From Candidatus Cloacimonadales bacterium (GTDB lineage: Bacteria; Cloacimonadota; Cloacimonadia; Cloacimonadales; JAIOQZ01), in contig CAXXTU010000002.1 of the NCBI GenBank assembly GCA_963662655.2, forward strand, positions 1,696,001 to 1,760,000: a stretch of 64,000 bases of DNA. Direction: 5' to 3'. The translations under genes and the position numbers were made by a program. Shown piece by piece: positions 10,529 to 20,565 of the stretch. The notes under the pieces are model-generated. The model was given only the letters and a program-made list of their open reading frames with translations, was not told the DNA's origin and made no database searches. Each line of letters opens with the position of its first letter. Position 1 is the first letter of the stretch.

Positions 10529-12268
10529 TTACAATTTGGTATCGATACCGAAGTGAATGAAGCCGTTCTGGGGCTCCGTCCACTTACCTTGCGAATAGCT
10601 AAGCGCGTAATCGAGCTGCAACTGCCCGATCGCCGTTTCAACGCGCAATCCCAGCCCGTAGCCGAAAAGATCGTCCAGTCGCTCGACCTCATCCCCATTG
10701 TGGAACTCCACGTAACCGTAATCGACGAACACGAAGAGCCTCGAGAGACGCGAGAGCAATTGCCGGACTTCGAGATTGATCCATCCGAGCCTGTGGCCGT
10801 GGAACTGGTTTTCGCGAAAACCGCGAAGACTCTGGCTTCCTCCCATCTCGAAGCTTTCGTAATCCTCCAGATCGGTCTTTTCCTTCTCCTTCGCGTTGAT
10901 GGACGTCGCGAGCACAAGCCTTTTGTAGAGCTTCTTATAGTGACTCCAGCCAAGCTCGGTTGTATAGTAATCGTGGTATTCCCCTTCGATCTGCTGGAAG
11001 GTGTGGTAGTACCGGATGTTGAAATCGTCCCCGGACGAGGGATTTCGTTCGTAATCGACGTCGTTGTAATTCCAGAAAACGCCGGCCTTGCGGAAGGAGG
11101 TTTTCTCGACAACGGCAGGCCGCATCGAACCAGGGTAGACATCCTCCACGCCGAGGTATATGCCGAATTTCTGGTAGAGCGTGTAGTAATACACCTCCAG
11201 GTCCACCGCCGACTGGATGTAGATCGAATCGACCTCTTGCCGGTAGAAATCGATGTCGGCGGCGATGGGGATATCGCCAAATCCTGATTCATGGTAGCCC
11301 AGCTTCACGTAGCTGCGCGACTTGCTGTAACGCTGCCACTTGAGCGAAAGCGCGCGGTCGGTGCCGAACAGATTGAGAAAATCGAGATTGATGTAGCCTG
11401 TAAACTCGTCGCCGGAGTCGCCAGTATTGTTATAACCCACGATACCCGTGAGGTTGATCATCTTGTCCTCGGTAATGCGGAACAACACGGTTCTGGCGTC
11501 GGTGGGAACGATCTCACACTCGCGAATGTATGACTTCTTGCTCAGATTCTCGGTAATTCGATTGATCGTTGAGAGCGTCAGCAGATCGACCTGCCGGATG
11601 CGTGAAATCCTGAGCAGGGTTTCCTCCGTCGTGACCTTGTTTCCTTCGAACCGGTATTTCTCGGCGTAGCAGCGGGGACCTTCGGAGACACCGAGGTACG
11701 CGTTGTATCCCTCATCGATGTAAACGATGGAATCCAGCCAAGCCTCAGCGAAGAGGAAGCCCATCTCCCCATAGATGCTGGGAATCTGATAAATCGCGGC
11801 GGATAGCTCCTCCAGCGAAACAGGCTGATCCTGGGGCATCCCCGTGAACTCACGCAGCTTGAAATCGGAGAATAGCCGATTTCCCCGGAAGATTACCTCC
11901 CCCGCCTTAACATCGGCGTTCTCGTGGATGGTGAAGAAGACATCAACCCAGCCGGCATCGACGATTTCAATGCGCGGATACTCCACGGTGACGTGGTACT
12001 TACCGTATCGCTGATAATACTCCATGATGTCTTTGCAATCCGCGTTCGCACGATCCTGATCGTACCATTCCTCCACCTCGAGATGAACGACCGAGAGGAG
12101 TTGCCTGTCCGTGAAGAACGCATTGCCCTGGAAACGTATGGAACGCACTCGCAACCTGTTCTCTTGCGCATTCGACGCAAGGGATAGCATCAGAAAAATG
12201 AATACGACGATCCACTTGAGATGGTTGATATTATGGCGCTTCAAGATTGGTTTGGAGCGTTCGCTCAT
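10529..12268 (-). CDS. Omp85/BamA-TamA family outer membrane protein with POTRA domains
   Basis: Three POTRA starts (IRFQGN, IFRGN, RFEGN); GGSQSLRGF; GYGLGLRV; C-terminal IHFGIDTKL. Confidence 0.9.
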   Translation of the reverse strand: MSERSKPILKRHNINHLKWIVVFIFLMLSLASNAQENRLRVRSIRFQGNAFFTDRQLLSVVHLEVEEWYDQDRANADCKDIMEYYQRYGKYHVTVEYPRIEIVDAGWVDVFFTIHENADVKAGEVIFRGNRLFSDFKLREFTGMPQDQPVSLEELSAAIYQIPSIYGEMGFLFAEAWLDSIVYIDEGYNAYLGVSEGPRCYAEKYRFEGNKVTTEETLLRISRIRQVDLLTLSTINRITENLSKKSYIRECEIVPTDARTVLFRITEDKMINLTGIVGYNNTGDSGDEFTGYINLDFLNLFGTDRALSLKWQRYSKSRSYVKLGYHESGFGDIPIAADIDFYRQEVDSIYIQSAVDLEVYYYTLYQKFGIYLGVEDVYPGSMRPAVVEKTSFRKAGVFWNYNDVDYERNPSSGDDFNIRYYHTFQQIEGEYHDYYTTELGWSHYKKLYKRLVLATSINAKEKEKTDLEDYESFEMGGSQSLRGFRENQFHGHRLGWINLEVRQLLSRLSRLFVFVDYGYVEFHNGDEVERLDDLFGYGLGLRVETAIGQLQLDYALSYSQGKWTEPQNGFIHFGIDTKL

Positions 12269-13332
12269 CGGCCTGGGAAATCCTCGCGAATCACGGCAAG
12301 CAGGGTTTCGATCAACCGGTCTTCGGGGACTTTCGTGACAATTTCGCCCTTGCGGAATACAAGCCCCTCGCCGATGCCGCCGGCGATTCCGTAGTCCGCT
12401 TCCCGGGCCTCACCCGGGCCATTCACTACGCAACCCATCACCGCAACGGTAATGGGGATTTCTCGCATGTGATCGAGGCTCTTCTCGACGTTCTGCGCCA
12501 GCGTCACCAGATCGATGCGGGTTCTGCCGCAGGTCGGGCAGGATACGATATGAAGCCCCTGACGCAAGTCCAGCGCTTTGAGAATCTCGAATCCCACGTA
12601 AACCTCTTTCACCGGATCGGCTGTCAAGGATACGCGAATCGTATCGCCGATTCCCTGAGAAAGCAACGTACCGATCCCCACCGACGAACGGATGGTTCCG
12701 GTGTACTCCGTACCGGCCTCGGTCACACCGAGATGCAGGGGATAATCGACACGATCGCTCAGGATGCGGTAGGCCTCGATCATCATGGGAACCGAGGACG
12801 CCTTGACGGATATCTTCATCTCTTGATAACCGCACTTCTCCAGGATAGCGACGTGCTTGAGAGCGCTCTCAACCAAGGCGAGAGGCGTCACGCCGTATTT
12901 CTCCAGAAGCTCCTTCTCTACCGAGCCGCTGTTCACGCCGATACGGATCGGAATCCGTTTCTCGCGCGCGGCATCGACAACCTTCATCACGTTTGCCTCG
13001 GAACCGATGTTACCGGGATTGAGCCGCAATCCGTCGATCCCGTGCTTGAGCGCTTCCAGCGCCAGGCGGTAGTTGAAATGGATGTCGGCGATCAGGGGCG
13101 AGTCCGTGGCCTTGCGGATTTCCGCAAGCGCGACGGCAGCCTCCATATCGGGGACGGCGAGCCGTATGACCTGGCACCCCGCCGATTCCAGCGCACGGAT
13201 CTGCCCGAGAGTCTTTGTGACATCTTCCGTGGGAGTACTGGTCATGCTTTGCACGGAGACGGGATTGTCTCCGCCGATGTATAAGTCGCGCAGCTTGAGG
13301 ACGCGCGTCTTTCTGCGTTGAATGGGTTCCAC
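12265..13332 (-). CDS. ispG: (E)-4-hydroxy-3-methylbut-2-enyl-diphosphate synthase
   Basis: VQSMT, ADIHF, RLNPGNIG, RIGVNSGS, HLGVTEAG, SCPTCGR, MGCVVNGPGEA. Confidence 0.97.
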   Translation of the reverse strand: MEPIQRRKTRVLKLRDLYIGGDNPVSVQSMTSTPTEDVTKTLGQIRALESAGCQVIRLAVPDMEAAVALAEIRKATDSPLIADIHFNYRLALEALKHGIDGLRLNPGNIGSEANVMKVVDAAREKRIPIRIGVNSGSVEKELLEKYGVTPLALVESALKHVAILEKCGYQEMKISVKASSVPMMIEAYRILSDRVDYPLHLGVTEAGTEYTGTIRSSVGIGTLLSQGIGDTIRVSLTADPVKEVYVGFEILKALDLRQGLHIVSCPTCGRTRIDLVTLAQNVEKSLDHMREIPITVAVMGCVVNGPGEAREADYGIAGGIGEGLVFRKGEIVTKVPEDRLIETLLAVIREDFPGR

Positions 13333-13333
13333 C

Positions 13334-13975
13334 TTACACTCCTTCCCGATCCGGGTCCCAGATTATGCGATGCAACTGCAATTGCAGCCTAACGGGTGGC
13401 TTCTCATCGATGATCCATCCCGCCAGCTCTTCCGGATCGAGCTCTCCCAGGATTGGAGAAAGCAGATTCGTGTAGTTCGCCAGACTGTACTTGTGGATGA
13501 ACTCGATCGCGAACTCGTAGTCGAAGCGATCCGTGAGAACGAACTTGATCTCGTCGCGGTCGGGCTTGAGGTAGGAGAGGTTGTCGAGGAGAAACGATTC
13601 CTGCTCCCAGCTCCCCGGGCACTTGACATCCATGATGATGCGCACCTCGTCCGGGATATCCTTCAGCAGGATGGAGCCGTTTGTTTCGAGCAGAACCGTG
13701 TACTCGAGTTCGACCAATCGCTCCATGAGCGGGATAACCTCTTCCTGGCATAGGGGTTCTCCGCCGGTGATTTCCACGAGTTTTACCGGCTCGTACTCCG
13801 CGATGCGCTCGACGATATCGTCGATTTCGAGCGCGAACTCCGGCTCGAAGGCGTATTCGGTGTCGCAATACCTGCAACGCAGGTTGCAGCCGGATAGTCT
13901 GATGAAAACACAGGGCAAACCGGCGTAGGTCGATTCACCCTGAATGCTGTTGTATATTTCGTATAGTTGTATCAT
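13334..13975 (-). CDS. queE: 7-carboxy-7-deazaguanine synthase (radical SAM)
   Basis: EIYNSIQGES, FIRLSGCNLRCRYCDT, TGGEP, ETNG, QLQLHRIIW. Confidence 0.88.
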   Translation of the reverse strand: MIQLYEIYNSIQGESTYAGLPCVFIRLSGCNLRCRYCDTEYAFEPEFALEIDDIVERIAEYEPVKLVEITGGEPLCQEEVIPLMERLVELEYTVLLETNGSILLKDIPDEVRIIMDVKCPGSWEQESFLLDNLSYLKPDRDEIKFVLTDRFDYEFAIEFIHKYSLANYTNLLSPILGELDPEELAGWIIDEKPPVRLQLQLHRIIWDPDREGV

Positions 13976-15174
13976 TCTACAGGCATGTATGGGAATGTTT
14001 TCCGGTAGCCGAGATATGATTCGATCTCGTCGAGGATTTTTGCGGGATTGCCAAAGACGAATTTCTCGCGGTTGCCGATCTTGAAGATGGAGTACTGGGC
14101 TTCGTCCAGTTTGCATGCCTCGAGATACTCGATGTCCCCGTACAGGATGTGATTGTTCACGACAAATACCCGAATGTTTTCCGTGTTGGAAAGCAGGATA
14201 TTCTCGAACGGATCCTCGTCCAACTGATCCATCACCAGCAGATTGCCGGAGAGGTCGTTGAGTCGCCCGTACTTGAGTGGCTTGAGCAGCGCGTACGCGG
14301 CGTTCACCGTCACCATGCGATAGAGTTCCTTGGCGGGGATGAGCGGCTTGAGTTCGTGCGCCTTGCGGATTTCGCTGAACAGATTCACGGTTCCGGACAT
14401 GGTCGAGTCCGTTCCCAGCACGACGTTAACGCCGCGCTGCAGGCATTCCTCGATGTCCGCCGTCCGATCCAGCAGGTATTCGTTCGAGCCCGGGCACCAG
14501 CAGATGGACGCGCCGGCCTCTCCCACCCGGGCGATCTCCTCTTTCGTGAAGGAAACCGCGTGAATCATGAGCGTGTTGCGGCGAAGCAGTCCACGCTCCA
14601 TCAGCAGGGCGAACTCGCCCCGGGTTCTTTCGTCAAGGCCCTCGCCGACATGAATGATGAACGGGCGGGTTCCGCCCGTGGCTTCCATCTCTTCCTCGGC
14701 TTTCTTACCACCCCACCAGTTCCCCAGCGTGAGAGAATGGCATTGCCAGTACTCTTCGAGGACTTCGATCGGGCGGTTTTTGTAATAAAGCGGGATTTGT
14801 CTGGGCGCGTGATCCTGCACGAGGCCCACACCGGAAAAAAGGTTTTTGTATACTCCAAGATTAACCAGGATTTTTGCATTTCCCTCGGTCAAATTGAACG
14901 AGCCATCGTTGAGCCATACCTTGTCGCGTTCGCGATAGGAATTCGCCTCTTTCATGTCCTCGACCCATATATGCGAATTCACATAGGGTCTGTTGTTGCC
15001 GGCTCTCGGGTACCAATTGCCCACCAGATGATCGTGCGAATTGATCAACGGCGGATAAGCAATCGAATTCCGTATCTCACGAATCGTTGTGTTCGAGAAT
15101 CCTCCCAGACGGATTTCGGTGTTCTTCAAAACCCGGTCTGGACTTTCAACCGCACAAGGGAGATAAAAAATCAT
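13972..15174 (-). CDS. Amidohydrolase superfamily protein
   Basis: NSHDHL (HxH), IHVGEG, IHAV, CPGSN and GTDS metal-binding motifs; start taken at MIFYL. Confidence 0.85.
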   Translation of the reverse strand: MIFYLPCAVESPDRVLKNTEIRLGGFSNTTIREIRNSIAYPPLINSHDHLVGNWYPRAGNNRPYVNSHIWVEDMKEANSYRERDKVWLNDGSFNLTEGNAKILVNLGVYKNLFSGVGLVQDHAPRQIPLYYKNRPIEVLEEYWQCHSLTLGNWWGGKKAEEEMEATGGTRPFIIHVGEGLDERTRGEFALLMERGLLRRNTLMIHAVSFTKEEIARVGEAGASICWCPGSNEYLLDRTADIEECLQRGVNVVLGTDSTMSGTVNLFSEIRKAHELKPLIPAKELYRMVTVNAAYALLKPLKYGRLNDLSGNLLVMDQLDEDPFENILLSNTENIRVFVVNNHILYGDIEYLEACKLDEAQYSIFKIGNREKFVFGNPAKILDEIESYLGYRKTFPYMPVE

Positions 15175-15176
15175 GC

Positions 15177-16355
15177 TCAGTCCTTGAATTTCTTGTTCAG
15201 AAGCGGTAATACTTCGAAGACGTCTCCTACGATTCCCAGGTCGGCCACTTTGAATATCGGCGCGTCGGGATCCTTGTTTATTGCGATGATATAGTCGGAC
15301 GAAGACATACCGGCAAGGTGTTGGATCGCGCCGGAGATACCGCAAGCGATGTAAATCTTCGGTTTGATGGTCTTGCCCGTCTGCCCCACCTGGTGAGGAT
15401 AAGGAATCCACTCGGCATCGACGGCCGCCCTGGAAGCGCCCACGGCGCCGCCGAGGTGTTTCGCGAGCTCGTGGAGCATCTCGAAATTCTTGGGCTCCTT
15501 CATGCCGCGTCCGCCGGAAACGACGAAGTTCGCTTCGGAGATGTTCACGGTCTGCGTATCGTCTTTTACGCGCTCCAGAAGGAAGGTCTCCATGTCGTCG
15601 AAATCGACCTGCTCGCTCACGACGGTTCCCGAGCGCTCCATATCCTTTTCGAGAGGTGTCATCACCTTGTGGCGCACGGTTGCCATCTGCGGGCGGTGAT
15701 CCGGCGTAAGGATGGTCGCCATGATGTTACCGCCGAAAGCCGGACGGGTCTGCAGGAGGTTTCCGCTTTCAATATCGATGTCGAGCCCTGTGCAATCGGC
15801 TGTGAGCCCCGTATGGAGCTTGACCGCCACACGCGGAATGAACGATCTTCCGATGTTCGTCGCACCGGCGAGAATGATCTCCGGTTTGTATTGTTCTGCG
15901 AGCTTGGTCATCGCGAGGGTGAAAGGCAAGTCGTCGAATTGCTCCAGAAGCGGATGATCCACGGTGATTACCTTGTCTGCGCCGTAGGCGATCAGTTCCT
16001 CGGCGAGGGCTTCCACCTCGTTCCCGAAGAGGATGGCGGTAAGTTCGCACTCACGCTGGTCGGCGAGCTCGCGTCCCTTGCCCAGAAGTTCGAGCGAGAC
16101 CGGAGCGACCTCTTTGCCGTCGTGAAGTTCGGAAAATACCCAGACGCCTTTATACTGGCTCTTGTCGACATCGACTTTCCCGCGTTTGCGGATGATGATT
16201 GCATCGAATTTGCACTCGCTGACACACGCCCCGCAGAGAACGCATTTGTCCGCATCGATCTCCGCAAGTTTATCTTTTATTTCGATTGCGTCGTAAGCGC
16301 AAGCCCTCAGGCAAGCGCCGCAACCCACACATTTTTCAACGATTACTTCAATCAT
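15177..16355 (-). CDS. etfA: Electron transfer flavoprotein alpha subunit with N-terminal 2[4Fe-4S] ferredoxin
   Basis: Two CxxCxxCxxxC motifs; GLTADCT, RPAFGGN, GASRAAVD, QVGQTGK, GISGAIQHLAGM. Confidence 0.95.
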   Translation of the reverse strand: MIEVIVEKCVGCGACLRACAYDAIEIKDKLAEIDADKCVLCGACVSECKFDAIIIRKRGKVDVDKSQYKGVWVFSELHDGKEVAPVSLELLGKGRELADQRECELTAILFGNEVEALAEELIAYGADKVITVDHPLLEQFDDLPFTLAMTKLAEQYKPEIILAGATNIGRSFIPRVAVKLHTGLTADCTGLDIDIESGNLLQTRPAFGGNIMATILTPDHRPQMATVRHKVMTPLEKDMERSGTVVSEQVDFDDMETFLLERVKDDTQTVNISEANFVVSGGRGMKEPKNFEMLHELAKHLGGAVGASRAAVDAEWIPYPHQVGQTGKTIKPKIYIACGISGAIQHLAGMSSSDYIIAINKDPDAPIFKVADLGIVGDVFEVLPLLNKKFKD

Positions 16356-16664
16356 TTAAACTCCCATGGTAAATTTTGATAAACAAAGAATTACTTCCGG
16401 AAACGGATGCCCTGTCAAGCATATTTTGTAAAAATACTGATATTTTCGCGAAGCAAACAGGCTGTATATCTACTTTCATCTCCGAATTTTGCCCCGGCAT
16501 CCACGTACGGTATTCAGAAACAGAAGCCTTGACCAAACAATCGCGGTTTGATAATTGTGATCGAATAGCTAATTTCTATACGAAAATGCAACAACAGGTT
16601 GCTCCATTGCGCATGGAAAGCTTGCTGGAAACATAAAGTAAAAAACAAAGAGATTCACCCATAC

Positions 16665-17063
16665 ATGAAGAAGCAAAAAGTACCGCAAGATCAAACCTCG
16701 CTGGATTACATCCGCGAAATCTGCTACGCAGTCGACGAAAACGGGAAATATACGAAGGTTCAGAGCTCCGGTTGGGAAGCGAAAGACACCGCGCTCAATC
16801 TCGCTTGGGACGTCCTGAACGAGCATTTGCAGGATACCATCCGCAAAGTTAAAGAAGGAGAGCTGAGTCCGCTGGCCTATTTCATGGAGAAGAACCAGTT
16901 GGACGCACACATGCTCTCCGGCTATACGGGGATATCCTCCCGAAAAATCAAGAAGCACCTCCACCCCGGGCATTTCGGAAAACTCGACGACCGAACGATA
17001 CAGCGCTACGCGGAGTTCTTCCGAATCTCACCGGCGGAATTCGTCAACCCGGAGTTGCCATGA
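16665..17063 (+). CDS. Conserved hypothetical protein (MKKxxVPQD type), first gene of the BtrH/ABC/ACP module
   Basis: VPQD, YAVDENGKY, SSGWEAK, SPLAYFMEK; overlaps the next gene. Confidence 0.7.
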   Translation: MKKQKVPQDQTSLDYIREICYAVDENGKYTKVQSSGWEAKDTALNLAWDVLNEHLQDTIRKVKEGELSPLAYFMEKNQLDAHMLSGYTGISSRKIKKHLHPGHFGKLDDRTIQRYAEFFRISPAEFVNPELP

Positions 17064-18061
17064 AGACCAATTTCAATCACTATCAGGCAGCCCATTGCGA
17101 AAGCGGCGTAACCACGGCCCTGCTCCGAAACATGGGGCTCGACATCGAGGAACCTCTGGTCTTCGGGATCGGAAGCGGATTGTTCTTCTGCTATCTTCCG
17201 TTCATCAAGGTCTACGGCATCCCCATGAGCACGTTCCGCTACCTGCCGGGAACCATTTTTAAATCTTGCTGCAAGCGACTCGGCGTGAAGTACACCGTGC
17301 GGACATACCGCAAGCCGCAGGACGGCATGGCGGATATGGATCGTCACCTGGAAAAAGGGCATCCCGTTGCCGTACAGACCAGCGTATACTGGCTCTCGTA
17401 CCTGCCGGAAAAACTCCGGTTCCATTTCAACGCTCATAACATCATCGTCATCGGAAAAGATAAGGGAGGCTACCTCGTTAGCGACCCGATCCTGCAGGAG
17501 CCTGTTTTCTGCAGCGCGGACGACCTGCAAAGAGCGAGGTTCGCGCAGGGAATCATGGCGCCGAAGGGCCGGCTGTACTATCCGTCCTTCGTGCCTGAGA
17601 ATATCGATTATACAAAGCCAATCGCACAGGGGCTGAAGAAGGTGTGCAAGCGCATGACGGGGAATCCGTTACCGTTTTTCGGAGTACGCGGAATTCGCTT
17701 CCTCGCAAAACAGATGAGGACATGGCCCGAGAAGCTCGGAGACCGCAAGGCCGCCCTCTACCTGGCGCAGCTCATCCGCATGCAGGAAGAGATCGGCACC
17801 GGCGGCGCGGGATTCCGCTTCATGTTCGCATCCTTCCTGCAAACGGCGTCCGAGCGCCTCAAGAATCCGGTTCTGATGGACTGCTCGACGAAAATGACCG
17901 CCGCGGGAGACCTCTGGCGGGAATTCGCACTCCTGGCTGCCCGGAACTGCAAGGGCAGGGCAAAGCCGGAAGAATCGTACGACCACCTCGCGGAGACCAT
18001 CATCCGGTGCGCCGACCGCGAAGAAGAAATTTACAGACAAATTATGGGAACACTCGGCTGA
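17060..18061 (+). CDS. BtrH N-terminal domain (papain/NlpC-P60-like fold) protein, possible acyltransferase or peptidase
   Basis: HCESG, FGIGSGL, FHFNAH, SDP triad pattern; QEEIGTGGAGFR. Confidence 0.85.
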   Translation: MKTNFNHYQAAHCESGVTTALLRNMGLDIEEPLVFGIGSGLFFCYLPFIKVYGIPMSTFRYLPGTIFKSCCKRLGVKYTVRTYRKPQDGMADMDRHLEKGHPVAVQTSVYWLSYLPEKLRFHFNAHNIIVIGKDKGGYLVSDPILQEPVFCSADDLQRARFAQGIMAPKGRLYYPSFVPENIDYTKPIAQGLKKVCKRMTGNPLPFFGVRGIRFLAKQMRTWPEKLGDRKAALYLAQLIRMQEEIGTGGAGFRFMFASFLQTASERLKNPVLMDCSTKMTAAGDLWREFALLAARNCKGRAKPEESYDHLAETIIRCADREEEIYRQIMGTLG

Positions 18062-18804
18062 TGAACGGCATCCACATCGAGAATATCGTCAAGACCTATC
18101 GCAAGGCGACGGTTCCGGCCGTGAACAGGCTTTCGCTTCATATTCGCGAGCACGAGATTTACGGGCTCCTCGGACCGAACGGAGCGGGGAAAACCACTAC
18201 GCTTTCCATGCTTAGCGGGCTCCTCCGGCACGATGAAGGGCAATTCTATTACCAAAACGGCGATCGCAAGACCGACATCGCGAAGATGCGCGAAAAGCTG
18301 GGAGTCGTTCCGCAAAACATCGCGCTCTACCCCACGCTGACCGCCCGGGAGAACCTTTGGTTCTTCGGCTCGATGCACGGTGTTGAGCCAGGTGAACTTC
18401 GCCGGAGGATCGATGGGCTCCTCGAACTCATGGGGCTTGCATCCGTCGCTGAGAAACCGATGCGAACCTTCTCAGGAGGGATGAAGCGACGCCTCAACCT
18501 GATCGCGGGACTCTTGCACAATCCTGAGATATTGCTTCTGGACGAGCCGACTGCAGGTGTGGACGTGCAGTCGCGAAACGTGATCCTGGAATTCCTCGCC
18601 GGATTGAAGAAGCAGGGGACCACGGTGATTTACACGTCGCACTACCTCGATGAAGCGGAGAGGCTCTGCGATCACATTTGCATCATCGATCAGGGAAGAA
18701 GTATCGCAACGGGCTCCCCGAAGGAACTGCTCGCGGCAAACGCCGATTGCAGCGATCTCTACGACATCTTCCTGAAGATCACCGGCAAGGAATTGAGGGA
18801 CTGA
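18061..18804 (+). CDS. ABC-2 type exporter ATP-binding protein
   Basis: GPNGAGKT, FSGGMKRR, LDEPTAGVD, YTSHY. Confidence 0.92.
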   Translation: MNGIHIENIVKTYRKATVPAVNRLSLHIREHEIYGLLGPNGAGKTTTLSMLSGLLRHDEGQFYYQNGDRKTDIAKMREKLGVVPQNIALYPTLTARENLWFFGSMHGVEPGELRRRIDGLLELMGLASVAEKPMRTFSGGMKRRLNLIAGLLHNPEILLLDEPTAGVDVQSRNVILEFLAGLKKQGTTVIYTSHYLDEAERLCDHICIIDQGRSIATGSPKELLAANADCSDLYDIFLKITGKELRD

Positions 18805-18805
18805 C

Positions 18806-20041
18806 ATGAGAAGGCTGCTCGAATCCACCCGTAAAGAACTTCTGATCCTGCTGAGAGACCCCGTGGGGATGCTGGTCATTTTCATCATGCCGCTTCTGTT
18901 TCTGCTCGTGATCACCCTGCTGCAAGACAACACCTTGAAATCGTTCCGCGAGACGAAGTTCAGCGCCGCGATCGTAAACCTGGATTCCGATTCCATTGGC
19001 GAGAAGCTTCATTGCGCCATGCGGAATTCGCGCTATTTCGAGATCGATTGCGATCATGGCCTCGCAGACGGACAAGCGTTACGGCAAGCGGTTCTCGACG
19101 AGAAATACAAGGTCGGTGTGATCATCCCCAAGGGATTCGACGACGCCATTCGCGCAAGGACGGAGGGAATCTTTCAGGATGCCGGCAATACCGTGGAAAT
19201 TCCGGAGATACAGATTGTCATCGATCCCATGATTTGGACATCGTTCCGCTACATCATCGAGCTCTCCATCGACAGGCTGGTGATGGAGATCGAGCGGGAA
19301 TCCATGCTTTCCGCTTCCACCGACATCCTCAGGCAAGTCGCCCCCGACGCGAAGATCGAGCTACCGGAGCCTGTACCGCTCTACAGCATCGGCTACGCGT
19401 CGCCCAATCCGGATATTCCGCCCAATTCCAGTCAGCAGAACGTACCTGCCTGGACGCTTTTCGCCATGTTCTTCATCGCGCTTCCCCTGGCGGGGAACCT
19501 TATCCGGGAACGCTCGGACGGTTGCTTCCAGCGGCTTCTGATCATCCCGGGAAGCATGACGTATTACCTTGGCGGCAAGTTCATCGTGTATATTGGCGTG
19601 TGTGTTGTTCAGTTCTGCCTGATGGCGCTCGTCGGGCTGTATCTGTTGCCCGTTCTCGGCGCTGGAGCGATTCACCTGGGGACACACCCCCTGGCGTTGA
19701 TTGTCACGATCGTCTCCGCGGCTGCCGCTGCCACGGCTTTCGGAATGCTTATCGGCGTGTTTGCCCGGACCTTCGAGCAGGCCTCCCTCGCCGGGGCTTT
19801 TTCCGTGGTGATTCTTTCAGCAATCGGCGGTATCATCGTCCCGGTTTACGCGATGCCGTCCTTCTTCCGCAAGATCGCTTTCCTCTCCCCGCTGAACTGG
19901 GGGCAGGAAGCTTTTCTCGCGATCTTCATTCGGGACGCTGGATTCCAACTGCTTCTACCGCAGTTCATTCCCCTGTGGATATTCTTCGGAATCGTATTCG
20001 CGGTATCGCTGTACAGGCTTCACCATACGAGAAATGATTGA
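18806..20041 (+). CDS. ABC-2 type exporter permease
   Basis: KELLILLRDP, QQNVPAWTLFAMFF, multiple TM helices, SPLNWG. Confidence 0.9.
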   Translation: MRRLLESTRKELLILLRDPVGMLVIFIMPLLFLLVITLLQDNTLKSFRETKFSAAIVNLDSDSIGEKLHCAMRNSRYFEIDCDHGLADGQALRQAVLDEKYKVGVIIPKGFDDAIRARTEGIFQDAGNTVEIPEIQIVIDPMIWTSFRYIIELSIDRLVMEIERESMLSASTDILRQVAPDAKIELPEPVPLYSIGYASPNPDIPPNSSQQNVPAWTLFAMFFIALPLAGNLIRERSDGCFQRLLIIPGSMTYYLGGKFIVYIGVCVVQFCLMALVGLYLLPVLGAGAIHLGTHPLALIVTIVSAAAAATAFGMLIGVFARTFEQASLAGAFSVVILSAIGGIIVPVYAMPSFFRKIAFLSPLNWGQEAFLAIFIRDAGFQLLLPQFIPLWIFFGIVFAVSLYRLHHTRND

Positions 20042-20085
20042 CGAACGTTTCATCACTTGTATAGTTGACATTCGGAGAAAAAAAC

Positions 20086-20358
20086 ATGAATAAAGATACC
20101 TTGATCCAAGAATTGAAAGAGATGATCGTCGAGGTGTGCAACCTCGTTGAAGTGGGTGTCGATGTCGATTCGATCGGCAACGACGACATCTTAATCGATC
20201 CCAACGGCGCGATCGGCCTGGATTCCCTCGACGCGGTGGAAATCGTTGCAGCAGTCGAGAAACGTTACGGCGTGAGAGTCTCCAACACGAACACATCCCT
20301 GAAAGTATTGCAATCCGTTAGCACCCTGGCGGATTATATCCTGGAGAACGGTAAGTAA
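20086..20358 (+). CDS. Acyl carrier protein
   Basis: GLDSLDAVEIV phosphopantetheine motif; small acidic protein; GGAG RBS. Confidence 0.92.
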   Translation: MNKDTLIQELKEMIVEVCNLVEVGVDVDSIGNDDILIDPNGAIGLDSLDAVEIVAAVEKRYGVRVSNTNTSLKVLQSVSTLADYILENGK

Positions 20359-20382
20359 TTCCCTTTTTATATTCGATAATAT

Positions 20383-20411
20383 GGGCATACTCAAACCGAT
20401 ATGCCCTTTTT
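20383..20411 (+). terminator. Putative intrinsic terminator after ACP
   Basis: GGGCATA...TATGCCC followed by TTTTT. Confidence 0.6.
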
Positions 20412-20565
20412 CTTTGTGACCGCACGGGTTCGTCCTTGCACTTCCCTCCCCCCAATTCCATCTTCCTCGCTATCGCACCACGGAATATAGATTTTCATCC
20501 TTCACTTGACAAGAGATGACTTGAAAGCTCGAATGTAGTTTGAATAAATGTTTTCGGGAGGTCTT

